Part shown: positions 53,130 through 64,000 of the stretch, in pieces | Layout: every line of letters begins with the position of its first letter | Numbering within the stretch: position 1 is the stretch's first letter | Assembly: GCA_001643675.2 (NCBI GenBank) | Contig: LSRY02000017.1 | Coordinates: forward strand, 1,426,001 to 1,490,000 | Source: Monocercomonoides exilis PA203 | Lineage: Eukaryota > Protista > Preaxostyla | DNA length: 64,000 bases | Reading direction: 5' to 3' | Notes under the pieces: generated by a model | Seen by the model: the letters and a program-made list of their open reading frames with translations, nothing else | Told to the model about the DNA's origin: nothing | Databases searched by the model: none | Program-made: the position numbers and the translations under genes

Positions 53130-53387
53130 TGGGTGATTATTTTTGAAATCATAACTTTTTTCGGAGTTTCAATTTTTTTTTATTTTCTTTTGATAATTGC
53201 CAGAAGATTATCGTTCGAGTATTTAATAAATTGCAATTATTTCATATGCACACATTTGAGCTACATTAATGACATTTTTTTTGCGGACAGTGATATCACT
53301 TTTCAATGTTCACTGACAAATATGCAAAACAGACATTCAAGCCTAATATTTTTACAGAAAAAATATGATTTCAAAAATAATCACCCA
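53130..53387. mobile_element. MITE of the TGGGTGATT-TIR family with TA flanks
   Basis: TA|TGGGTGATTATTTTTGAAATCATA ... TATGATTTCAAAAATAATCACCCA|TA. Confidence 0.9.
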
Positions 53388-53718
53388 TATATAAAAATTT
53401 CACTCCCATTTGCGCAAGATAAAAATGTGATAGTATAATCAAGAATAGCAACAGCTTTCATTTCATTGATAATGAAGTGTTTTCTTTAGGAACACGTACA
53501 TTCAGCATTTTCCGAATAAAAGCTTATGTCAAAAATTGTTGTGTCGATTTTGCTTGCAGCGATCTGTGCATGCGGATGCATTGCTGAAATGCAATTTCAA
53601 AGAGAAATGAACGGGAGATGCAGAAAGACATGTTCAACATTGTTGACAAAAATCAAAAACATAACATTATTTTTTGGGATATATGTGGTAAAGTTAAAAA
53701 AATAAAACTTACAATCGC

Positions 53719-54810
53719 ATGTGTTGCGCTCAGATAAGCCTCACACTCAATAACGCATCCTATGCATGTGCCATCAGAACATCAACCCTCTCAATGATCG
53801 CCCACTCCTCACCACTCCTCACCGCTCAGCTGCTGCTATCATCTTCACCACCTCCCAGATCAACTCTCCTTTCCTCTACAACCACCGCTGACCTCTCTTT
53901 CTCTCTGCCCATGCCTCCCTTGCATTTCTTCTCTTCCTCTTCCTTCGTCTTCTCCATCTATTCCAGCTCCAAAATCCTGCTCTTTTATGTTCCAGTTCCC
54001 TTTCCCTGCTCCTCTCCTCTGCTTCCTCCTTGTTTTTCCACAGCCGAAGAATTGTTTCATTATTTTCCTCAAACTTCACCTTCAGATTCCTCACCTCTTG
54101 CTTCGTATCCATCCCGCTGCTCTCAGTTGCTTCCGCTAATTATGCTCTTCCAGTTGGTTCTCCCATTCATTCTAATCCTCCTGTTATTGTTTCCATATCT
54201 TCAACTTCTCTTTGAGAGAAATCAAAAACGAAGCAAAGGCTCTTCTTCTCTTTTGCTTTTGCATGCAACAAAAAAATTCTCCACAATATCCTATCCACAC
54301 ACCTCAGTATTATTTTTTTCTGTGTCTTTTCTTCTTTCTCATTCACCACAGAGCCCTTCCTGCTCGTATCTTCCATATATGTTGGTGGTCGTAGATGCAG
54401 CCTGTCTCCAGAAGGAGATTAAACGGTAGTCTCCCATATTTTCCTTCCCCTCCTTTTTCTGCATGCTGCTTGGGGTGTCTTTGGGCTCTTCGCTCTCTTT
54501 TCGACTCACCACATTCTCCTCTTCCTCTCTTTTAGATATAGACCTTCAATGACACTCCTGAACATTTCAGCTCCATCCTCACTTCTGATATCTGATAGAT
54601 CTCCTGCACATTTCTCCTTCTCATCATCATCCAACCAAACCATTTGCACTTCCTGGTTTCATTCCGACTCAATACTTTCATTGGATACACCACTTTGAAG
54701 CCTCTTTTTTTCACAATAAGCTCGTACTCCGATATCCGTCCCAGTCTGTTTCGCACTAGAATTCTTCTTCATCTCTTTCCTCTTCATCAGCTTCTTCTTT
54801 GCTCCTTTTA
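53719..54810 (-). pseudogene. Degraded surface-protein family fragment
   Basis: Purine-rich minus strand with short broken ORFs, similar in composition to 42.3-44 kb. Confidence 0.35.
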
Positions 54811-54834
54811 TATGCTAAAAAGAAACGTTTTGCT

Positions 54835-54835
<1 letters not shown>

Positions 54836-54879
<44 letters not shown>
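54836..54879 (+). repeat. Poly-A run (44 nt)
   Basis: Direct count. Confidence 0.95.
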
Positions 54880-54881
<2 letters not shown>

Positions 54882-55418
54882 TATCTATCACAAATATGCA
54901 GCGCAGTGTTCATACGGCAGCAAGAAGCAAAAACTTTTTCTTTTTGCAATTGGCTGAAGCCATTTCGTTCAAATTAGCTTATTTCGCATCGCAAGTCTAT
55001 AGACGCAACGCAAAAAACGAAAACAAAACACCTTAATCAACAAAAAATGTAAGCCATTTCGAACGCGTATCATGTTGTCTTCTGAACCCTATCCCTCCTG
55101 CCTGAACTGCATTATCGAATCAGTTGTATTCTTGGCATGTGCATCTATACTACTAACCTGTGAACCGCCTTCATACCTGCTTCGATCCATCCTCACCTGT
55201 GATTGCTGCGCTGCCATTGAATCTGTTGGTTTTTTGTTATTATTTATTTTTTATTTTGAATTTTGCTCCTAAATATATTTTTTTTTGCGGAATAAGAAAA
55301 TTAAAATACACATCATGAAATAACCAGATTGCACAGCAATGCAAATGGACAAAATGCGTGCATGCGGACGGCTGGATATTTGAATGTGAACCAGCCAAAT
55401 ATATAATTCCCCAGATCG

Positions 55419-58078
55419 ATGAATTCTTCAGAAAATTTTGATGAAACGGGAAAGGAGAGTCCGAAACAGAAATCGGTTGCCATGATTGAAAATGATGGAG
55501 ATCTGACGTCCAGCAGCTCGTCAGATGAAGATTGTGGATTGGTGGACGTGAAAAGTGTGCATTTTTTGTTTTTTGCTGTTTTGCGGTTATTGGACGGTTT
55601 GTGCTTGAACACGGATGGTGCAGGAGTGCCGATGGATATTTGGAAGCGGTGTGGAATTTTCAGTTGGGTTATGAGGTTTTGAAAAATTGGCAGGATTTTG
55701 AAGGAATGCGATACAAGAACGAAAATGAGGCTGATGGGGACGTCGAAGTTTTTCCGAGAGATGCTGGATACAGACGAGTATGATACGCATTTCATTTTTT
55801 ATGATCAAAATTTACGGGATTTGACTGAATGTAGGTTTTGGCATGAAATTGTGGTTGAAGAGCTGCCGCGGCTGAGAGACAACATCTACATGAGTCAGAG
55901 CGAGTTCCAGGATCTGGACACGTACGATCCAAGCAATGCATATGTGTGTATTTTATGCTGTGTCGGAGCAGGCACAGCGAGTGACTCTCTTTTTGATGGG
56001 CTTCTTTTCGTTTTTGTTCATTTGTTGATTTGTAATTTGCTTTAAATTGCATTCAGGATGTTGCGGGCAAGACTCGGTTTGGTCTGAGTCCGAAAGGATG
56101 GAAAGATACCATTAGGTTGTATGGGACTTTTCCAGAAGTGCTGTTTGGGAAAAGACAGGGTTTCTGGAAGGATTTTCAGGATCTGAAAAGCACTATCGAA
56201 AATTCTTGGATGCGTCTAATTCTATTCACATTGGCGTGGGTATCTCTTGCGCTGTTTCTTTTCTTCTTTTTCTTTGCCATCTTCTACGCAACGAATTTTA
56301 TCCGGGGGCCAGTTTTCGACAAGCTGTCCGATGATGGGCATGTGTCGAATCTTTTGACGAACAAAGCCAACAGGTCTGTCTTTTCGTTCGGCCTATCAAA
56401 GTCGAATGGTCAGTTCACTGTTGCACTGATATTGCTGGCACTGTTTTTCATTTTCTTCATTCTATACACAACAAAGCGGAAGGTTTTCTGCATTTCGCTT
56501 ATCTTTCTTGCTGGAGTTTCATTATGCTTTGTTGGGATGTTTTTCTTTTTGTGTTGGTATCTTGATTCTTTTGTGAATGGGGATAAGTATACATTTAACA
56601 TCCGCAATCGTTTGGTTGATGGGCCAGTGACGAAACCGTACGCTCACATGAGCATAAAGAAAAGTGATGCTAGTTATGACGTGCTTTTCAGAAAAGTGGC
56701 AGACACTGAGACAGTCACGCAAAAATTCACCGAAGATGGGAGATTGATAACAAAATCAGATACCATTTTATTCAATATTTTGTTATATTTTTTTGTATTC
56801 TTCGGTGGAATGTTCATAGTAACTACTGAATACGATTCCTGGTTGAGATGTCCAGATAATTACTGTTTCGCTTTATTCACATTTTTACTTTCTTTATTGG
56901 GGATTGGATTGACCTGGGTGTTCTTTTCTGTGAAGTTATGCTGTATGCAAAAATTATAAGGAGGACGAATGAGTTAATGAATGTGAATTGTATGATAAAC
57001 AAAATATTACATTTTTATTTATTTATAGTATCTGCTGTGCCAAAAATCATAATTCTATTAATTTTATTAAATTTATCTGTATATATATTTAATTTTGTTC
57101 TGTTTGCATGCACGTGAATGCGTGCGATTGGAATGAATGTGGTGTGTGCACAACCAAACAGATAACTTCACGAGCTCGTGGACAATTACGTTCATTCCAT
57201 TGTTTTTGACAATCATCGTGATGCATATTTTTGCATTCAACGTGAAGCTGTCAAGTGAATATGATTTCAAGACAGTGTGCAGCAAGTGTGTGCGATGTTG
57301 CGGGATTGTGTTTGGGCCTGCAATTGGGATTGTCATTGCGCTTCTTCCAGCTCTGTGCTTGGATGGGATTGGGATATTTGACCCGCCAACTTCGAGTGGA
57401 AAGGCGTGGGAAGGAGCAGAACGCTTCATGTCAGCAGTGGTTGTGACGGACGAGCTGATTGAGCGGGCACACAAAATGGAAAGAAACATGGCGCTGTCGC
57501 TGGTGCCGATGCTGGTGTGGCTGTTTGTTGAATATGTGGCATTCTGCTTGGGACTGTATCTGGTGAAAGGGGATGTGAAGTGGGTTAAGAGAAGGTTGGG
57601 CTTAAAGAAAGAGCTGTTTGCGTGGCAGGCATTAGCTCCGAGTAAGAGGAACAGAGAAATACAGGAAATACGGGCAGAGGAGCGGGAAAAGCGAAAGACA
57701 GAAAAAATTCGAAAAAAGCAGGAAGAACAGGAAATAGAGGAGAAGGAAGAGGCGAAGGAGAAGGCGAAGAAGAAGCGAGAAAAAGAGAAAGATCAGAGGC
57801 TGATAGAGGTGACACAGAGAGGACTGAACCCCGAAGAGCTGAGTGCAGCAATTGACGAGATCAACAAGTATTACGACGAGGAGGTTCGAAAAGAGGAAGA
57901 GGCAGAGGAAGCCGAAAAGAAAAGAGCGGAGGAGGAAGCAAAAAAGAAGAAGGAAGAAGAAGAAAACGCGAAAGAGAACGAGAATCAAAGTATTTTTGAT
58001 GAACCGCCCGCCAATCACGAAATACATGTTCTTTGGGAAAAGATTCTGCAAACGGGTTCGTTTTCGTGGCTGATCTGA
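55419..58078 (+). CDS. F-box domain + about 8-TM (TMEM185/Fragile-X-F-like) membrane protein with charged coiled-coil tail, about 737 aa
   Basis: Introns 55555-55623, 55649-55693, 55944-56056 and 56943-57161 are all GT-AG and phase-consistent. Splicing gives VKRVPMDIWKRILKECDTRTKMRLMGTSKFFREML and VKLCYNFTSSWTITFIPLF. Confidence 0.65.
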
Positions 58079-58114
58079 GCAGCATGTGGTCAAGTGAATG
58101 CATGCTAACAACAC

Positions 58115-58474
58115 ATTTTTCTTTTTCTTTTTCTTTTTCTTTTTCTTTTTCTTTTTCTTTTTCTTTTTCTTTTTCTTTTTCTTTTTCTTTTTCTTTTTCT
58201 TTTTCTTTTTCTTTTTCTTTTTCTTTTTCTTTTTCTTTTTCTTTTTCTTTTTTTTTCTTTTTCTTTTTCTTTTCTTTTTCTTTTTCTTTTTCTTTTTTTT
58301 CTTTTTCTTTTCTTTTTCTTTTTCTTTTTCTTTTTCTTTTTCTTTTTCTTTTCTTTTTCTTTTCTTTTTCTTTTTCTTTTTCTTTTTCTTTTTCTTTTTC
58401 TTTTTCTTTTTCTTTTTCTTTTTCTTTTTCTTTTTCTTTTTCTTTTTCTTTTTCTTTTTCTTTTTTCTTTTTTT
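58115..58474 (+). repeat. (TTTTTC)n microsatellite, about 360 bp
   Basis: Direct observation. Confidence 0.95.
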
Positions 58475-59394
58475 AGCGTTTGTATTACGTAAAAAGTATT
58501 GCAGTTGCAGTTGAAATTGCTATTAATGAGTTTGTTGTAATTTTCACTTTGTTTTTATTTACAAGTTCTTGAAGCGGCTGTTATTATGTTTTGCAAGAGT
58601 TATGAATTTTATTGTCTACATTTTGAGATTTTTGGATATGTAACTTATGTATTTTTCCCCCTATCTGAATTAAACATATCTTTATTTGAGTATTTTATCA
58701 GTATGATTTTATTCTTATGTATAAATTTTTGGTTTAAGGGACCAACATGGTCATATGAATTATAAATTTTTGATATATTTGTAAAACCTGTGAATTGTAA
58801 AGCTTATTCGCGAACTTTTCTTTTGACGGAAATAGTTTTGAAAATTTGTTAATTTTGAATAAAAATACTCCATTGATGAATGCTTATGAGTAAGGAAAAA
58901 ATAGAAAAATCTTAAGACAAATATATTTTCAAAGAAGTTGACGTTGAAAGTGCTTGAACAAATTCTCAGAAAGTCGAGGATTTTTTGATTCTCTTTTTCT
59001 TTTGAGAAAATGAAATTTTCAAACAAAGCCAACAAATCAAAAAAAAAGTTAACAAATTTGCGAAATTCATTTTTATTAAGAGCATTTGTTTCTGTGAAAC
59101 ACAACCAAAATCCATTCACAATGAATAACAAAATCTTTGTTGGTGACATTGTTCCATAAAGCCTTTGACACTTTGAATTTCAAACTTTTTTTGTGGCTTG
59201 TAATCCATGAGATAGACAAATTTAAGCAAATACTTTTTCGACAATTTCTTTCTTTGATGTTTCAAAATATCGAGTTTCTTAAAAAGAGCACTTCCATCTG
59301 TTTCCTCAATTAAAAAAAAAAAACCCTTCAACATTTAGTCAAACGAATGTTCTGCTCAAAGACAAATGAAATGGAAATTAAAAATTCAATTCAC

Positions 59395-60786
59395 TCAGCA
59401 ATGAACAAAATATTGTTCAATGCTTCCAACTAAAAAAACAGAAACCATTGATCCATTCACAAAGCAACTACTCAACGCCACAATGCAGTCTTCGAACCCT
59501 TCTTCTTCCATCTTTTCCAATAACTTTCTTTTCGTCTCTTTTCGTTTTGCATTGTCGCTTTCACTTTCCGTCTTTTTTATCAGCATTGCACAAAGATTTC
59601 TGAAATACGTCAAATAATACGCAAGCAGCTTATTTGCTGCATCCAATCGGATTATTTCCTCCAAGACTACATCAGCTGCCCCACATTCTAACAAATTTTC
59701 AACTTTCGCATCTCGGCTATACGCTGCACTTTGAAGCAAATTCATGCATTGCTTGCTGATTTCTCTGTTATTGTCCTTCGCTACCCTGAGAACTTTTACG
59801 ATGCTTCCCATAAGCCCTACAATTTCTTCATTCTTCAATTGTAAACGGCTGAGATAATCCATCAATAGAATGAGCCATCGAAAAATCACTATATCTTCTT
59901 TTCCCTCTTTCATTTTTCCCTTCCTCTTCCGATTCGCGCACTTTGTAAGCTCTTCCAATTCTCTTCTTGCTTCCTTCACAAAATACAACTCGTTTGCAAC
60001 AATATCTTTTAAATTTTCGTTGAAAAGCAATCTCCTTATCAAAAACTCCCAAACAGACAGATACGCAAGCCGTGTCAGATTGTTGTGTTCATGATGATAT
60101 TTGATGATTTGTTTGATTTCATTGAGGAAAAGTTCTTGCCTCACTTCCTAACAAAAACGAGAGAAAAATTCAAAAAATTTCATAAATGAAGTTTTGGTAC
60201 TCATACATAAAATTCGTATATGCTACTCAATGCCAATAAAGCTATTTCCACGTCTTTTTGAATTTTTTTCTTTTTCTCTTTGTCTGAAGCATCTTTCAGA
60301 AGGCAGCGGATACAAATAGAAAGGATTTCACATGAAAGCCCATGGCTAAGCAAAAGATAGCACTCACAAAGGTCAACAAGAAGCTTTTCATCCTTTTCTT
60401 CTTTTTTCTGATCTTCTTCATCAATCAAATTTTCAAATCTTTCACTCAACGAAGATTCTTCAAAGCTACGAATAAAAACTCTTTTCAGGTTATTGCAATA
60501 TCCCATGTGTTTCAACAGAAGAATTGCACATTTCAAATTAATTCGTTTTTCTCCAATCATTTTATTAATTTTATTGAACAGCTCAATCGTGAAAACAGAT
60601 TTGCATTCATCTTCATCCATCTCTTCCATTGTCTCGTTCATTTCAAGGATTTTCTGTTTTTGTTCTTCATCGCAATCTTCCAATTCATCAAACAATTCTT
60701 CAAAAAAAAAAATGCAATAATCAAGAATTAAAACGTAACAATGATTGCACACCAGTGAACTTTTTTTCATTGTCAATCTCCTTCAT
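59395..60786 (-). CDS. Lineage-specific multicopy helical (ARM-like) hypothetical protein
   Basis: Three exons. ELFDELEDCDEEQKQKILEMNE, LLVDLCECYL, EIALLALS and QEL..NEIKQIIKYHHEHNNLTRLAY recall an expanded oxymonad family (recognised from memory, not searched). Confidence 0.65.
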
Positions 60787-61629
60787 TTTCGAAATGAATT
60801 ACAGACATTAAACAATGAAAATTCGTCATTCACATTGAATTTGCATGTGTTTGGAAAGAAGAAACAGATGAAAAATAAAAACTTAAAAATAGTCAAAACA
60901 AAAAAAAAATTCAGAGATCACACCATTCTTCCTAATATGAGAGTGCTAACTTTTATGAAACGAAGAGAAACGATATTTAATATTTTCAGGGTGGTTCTTA
61001 TGGATGTTCAGATCGTTGGCATTGAAAGAACAAAACTTTCCATTCACAAAATGAGGTATCGCTAAACAAAATATTGTTGCAGAATTAAATATTATTGCGT
61101 TCTGTGGTGGCATGAGGTGGCAATAACAGTTCAATGAATTTGGAGTTTTGAATAACAATTTTTGAAATTTTGGTATTCAAGGAAATACATCAATTTTAAT
61201 TTTGAATTCAGAAAACTGGGCGTATGTATTTTCATCATTGTAATTTATTTTTGAGATTTCTTTATTAATCACATTTTCAGAATTCAGGCATCTGATAAGT
61301 TGTACAAACAGCTAATCTTTAATTTTCAACGCAGAATAATATTGAATGGGGCTGAATATTGTTATGCATATAGCAGAGGAGATGATACGAACAAGGGATT
61401 GTTGGATGAAGAATTTAGTGAACGAATGCGAAAAGAATGAAAAAAGAATGAAAAAGAAAGAGTTTTATTTGGTATTGGAAAAAGAATAGAGAAAGGAAAA
61501 GTGAATTATAAGATTGAAAGAGGGTTATTTTGCAATAAGATGGTTGGAAAGAAAAGAATTAATGGAAAGACTTGAGATAGTCTCTCTCTCTCTCTCTCTC
61601 TTTTTTTTTATGTGAATGTAAACGCAGAA

Positions 61630-62549
61630 CAACATCCACACCAAATGATCATGATGAAATGTATTATCATCGCCGTGAACTTTTTAACTCTTCAGGAAAT
61701 CGGTTTCAATGTTACACAACTAATACAGATTGCAGGAGAGTATGTTACGGATATAATAATTCGGGAAGTTGCTGGCTATTTCAGCACGCAAAAAAGAAGG
61801 ATTGGCTGAAGGACAAGACGTTATATGTCTCAGCGAATGGGAGCGATGAATTTAATCCACGTGGAGTGAATGACACAAATCCAAGTCTGAAGGTGAGGAA
61901 GACATTTGAGATGCGTGAGGTGCAGATTAGTTTGACAATCACACTGATGGAAGGGAATCACGCAAGTGAGACAGAAACAATTAACATTGGAGAAAAGAAG
62001 ATTTCAGTCATTGGTACAGGCAATGCTAAGAGTTCGATTGGAACAGGAACACTTTCATCAACAAAAGCATTGTTCGGTGTGACAACAGGTCACCTTTATT
62101 TATTGCACATGAAGGTTGATTGCAACTCAAATGCAAATCCTTCTTCGCCGAGTGTGGTTGTGGTGTCTGATGGGGGTGGGTCACTCTCATTGGAGGATGT
62201 TGTGATCACCACGAGTGTTTCTTCAGGAAACTATGTGATGTCGTAGTCTGTGTTTGTGGCGCCGCTGTAGCAGCTGTTGATGACCGATGTGGAGATTACA
62301 GATATGAATGCCTCAAAACCATTGTTCTCAGAACCGTTGTTCTCTGAGCCGGATCCATCTTCTTCTTCATTATCGTTATCGTCTTCATCCGCACTGTATC
62401 TGACAGCCATAGCTTCTGGAGATAGCATTCTTGCGAATGTGATGTCAAACAATGTGAAGGTGGAAAGAGTGGAGAGATTATCTGTGTGGAGCGAGAGAAC
62501 AGAAGGAATCAGACTGGATGTGTGTTGGAGAAGTGCGATTCTGAGATGA
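61630..62549 (+). pseudogene. Fragment of a large beta-helix/adhesin-like surface-protein family gene
   Basis: Reads CYTTN..R, TLYVSANGSDE, LMEGNHASET..I.IGEKKISVIG and LSLEDVVIT. In-frame TAG stops at about 62244 and 62268. No start and no continuation. Confidence 0.65.
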
Positions 62550-62955
62550 AATTTTGGTCACACGTGAATTTAGAGGAAAAAATAAAAAATAGTAACAAAT
62601 TCGCAATATTATTCTCCTTATTGTAATTTTCATGATAAAAAAATATTACAAAATAAATAAAAAATTTAATTTCATGCTCAACTAACCACGAATAATAAGA
62701 GAATGCATCGAGGGAAAGACGTTTTATGAGAAAGAAAAAATACTTTGAAACACAAACATTTGAATAGCAGAAAGAAACATATCACAAAATAAAAGATTAA
62801 TAAAATGAGAGTTTAGAAACACTCATTCATAAAATTAACATATTAATTCGATAAATCTAAACACAACAAAAATGTTAAAAAACACAAAACTTGCATACAA
62901 ATGATTAGAATGAAAGGATTATTGGATATAAATTACAACAGATTTGAAAATTTCT

Positions 62956-64000
62956 TCAGACGGAAGAAGCATAAGGGGAGGTGAAATGTTCATAATCAAA
63001 GGTTTCTGCACCAAATGAACAAGAATCCGATCGCCTAAAAGCCGACAATTCTTCATCTGGAAAGTGGGAATTGCTGAAATGAACAGGAAGAGATGTGGAG
63101 CTATCTTGAATCGTCCCGTATCCAATTTTTGACGAATCATTCATGAATGCTGTTGTTGCTCCATTTGAAAAAGGCATTTTCGCGTGAAGTTGATTACACT
63201 TTTGTCTCTTTCCAATGTCATTCACATTATTCTCTCTTTGACCATTTGCTCCTGCTTTATTTGAAATGAATTTTCCCTTTGAACAAACTCCTAATTGCTT
63301 TGTCGCATTATCACTTTCACAACTTGCAGAAGAATTTCCTTTTCTGTTCGAAGTTGATAAATTCTTTTTATTGCAACAGCATCGATAACGGCTAAGCATC
63401 ACAAGCATTGCAGTTGCCAGCAATGCTTGTCCAACTATCATATTAATAAAAGTGTACAACGAATGATCTACATCCATTTTTTCAGTGGCATATCTGAAAA
63501 CTATACAAGAATACATAAAAATACTAATTCAATTTTGTAAACAATGCGCAAACATTCAAACCTAAAAGAGCACCACGAATGAGAAAACCAATCAAACAAA
63601 TTGATGCTTGCGCAATCACCTTTTTCTTGAATGTAGGTAATCCTCGAAGTCCTTGAACCTTGTTTATCTGCTGGATCAGTCTAATTCCGTATATCAAAAA
63701 AATAAATGCAACTATTATGTTTAATGAAGCAGCATAAGCTCCTTCAATGATATGCAGACAATTTGTTTCCTTATGTTTTGTAAAAAACATTGGAATAATG
63801 AGACATAGAGGCACAATATAATTAAACATAATTGTAAATACAACTATGAGGAATTTCTTTCGTGAAAGCTGGATTGAGAAATGTATGGCCAAAACATAAT
63901 GAAGAGAAATGATTATAAAGCAAGTTATGAATGTGTAACTTGACATTGCAGTAAACAAAGTTCCCGGGATAGGTTGCTCTAACATTGAATTTGCTAATGC
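62956..64000 (-). CDS. GPR137/TOM1-THH1 (DUF1084)-like multi-pass membrane protein, 5' part outside the window
   Basis: Several TM helices, with FLIYGIRLI...KKVIAQASICLIGFLIRG resembling the TOM1/GPR137 YG.RL..C..CFLIR pattern. Cytosolic Ser-rich tail. Confidence 0.6.

Noticed and set aside
55072-55400. Cys-rich upstream ORF as the first exon of the F-box gene
   Set aside because: No in-frame splice path could be established, and a stop lies just upstream of ATG 55419.
58033-58514. Poly-Phe / FS ORFs
   Set aside because: Translation artefacts of the (TTTTTC)n microsatellite. The poly-F and poly-K ORFs at 41.5 kb and 54.8 kb are likewise homopolymer artefacts.

Overview
Eukaryotic, AT-rich, intron-dense protist DNA read with the standard genetic code and GT-AG introns. 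The huge Ser-rich low-complexity exons and the expanded lineage-specific families look like an oxymonad such as Monocercomonoides; this is an inference from sequence style. About 1-40 kb is a compact gene block: Lys-rich PADR1 protein, SPATA4/Spef1-type CH protein, PTEN, calmodulin-like protein, ER thioredoxin, CBM48-CaaX protein, bromodomain-ET protein, secreted FG-repeat protein, MAK/ICK kinase, giant 2xRRM protein, VAMP7 and hypotheticals. About 40.3-54.9 kb is a transposon and pseudogene island. It holds a foldback element with minisatellite TIRs, a TGGGTGATT-ended MITE family, a dead Merlin/IS1595-type transposase, and a 6.2-kb TIR-bounded cargo segment between two MITEs. About 55-64 kb carries an F-box fused to about 8 TM helices, a multicopy-family gene, a surface-protein pseudogene and a GPR137/TOM1-like gene cut by the window end. 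All gene models were spliced by hand and no database search was run.
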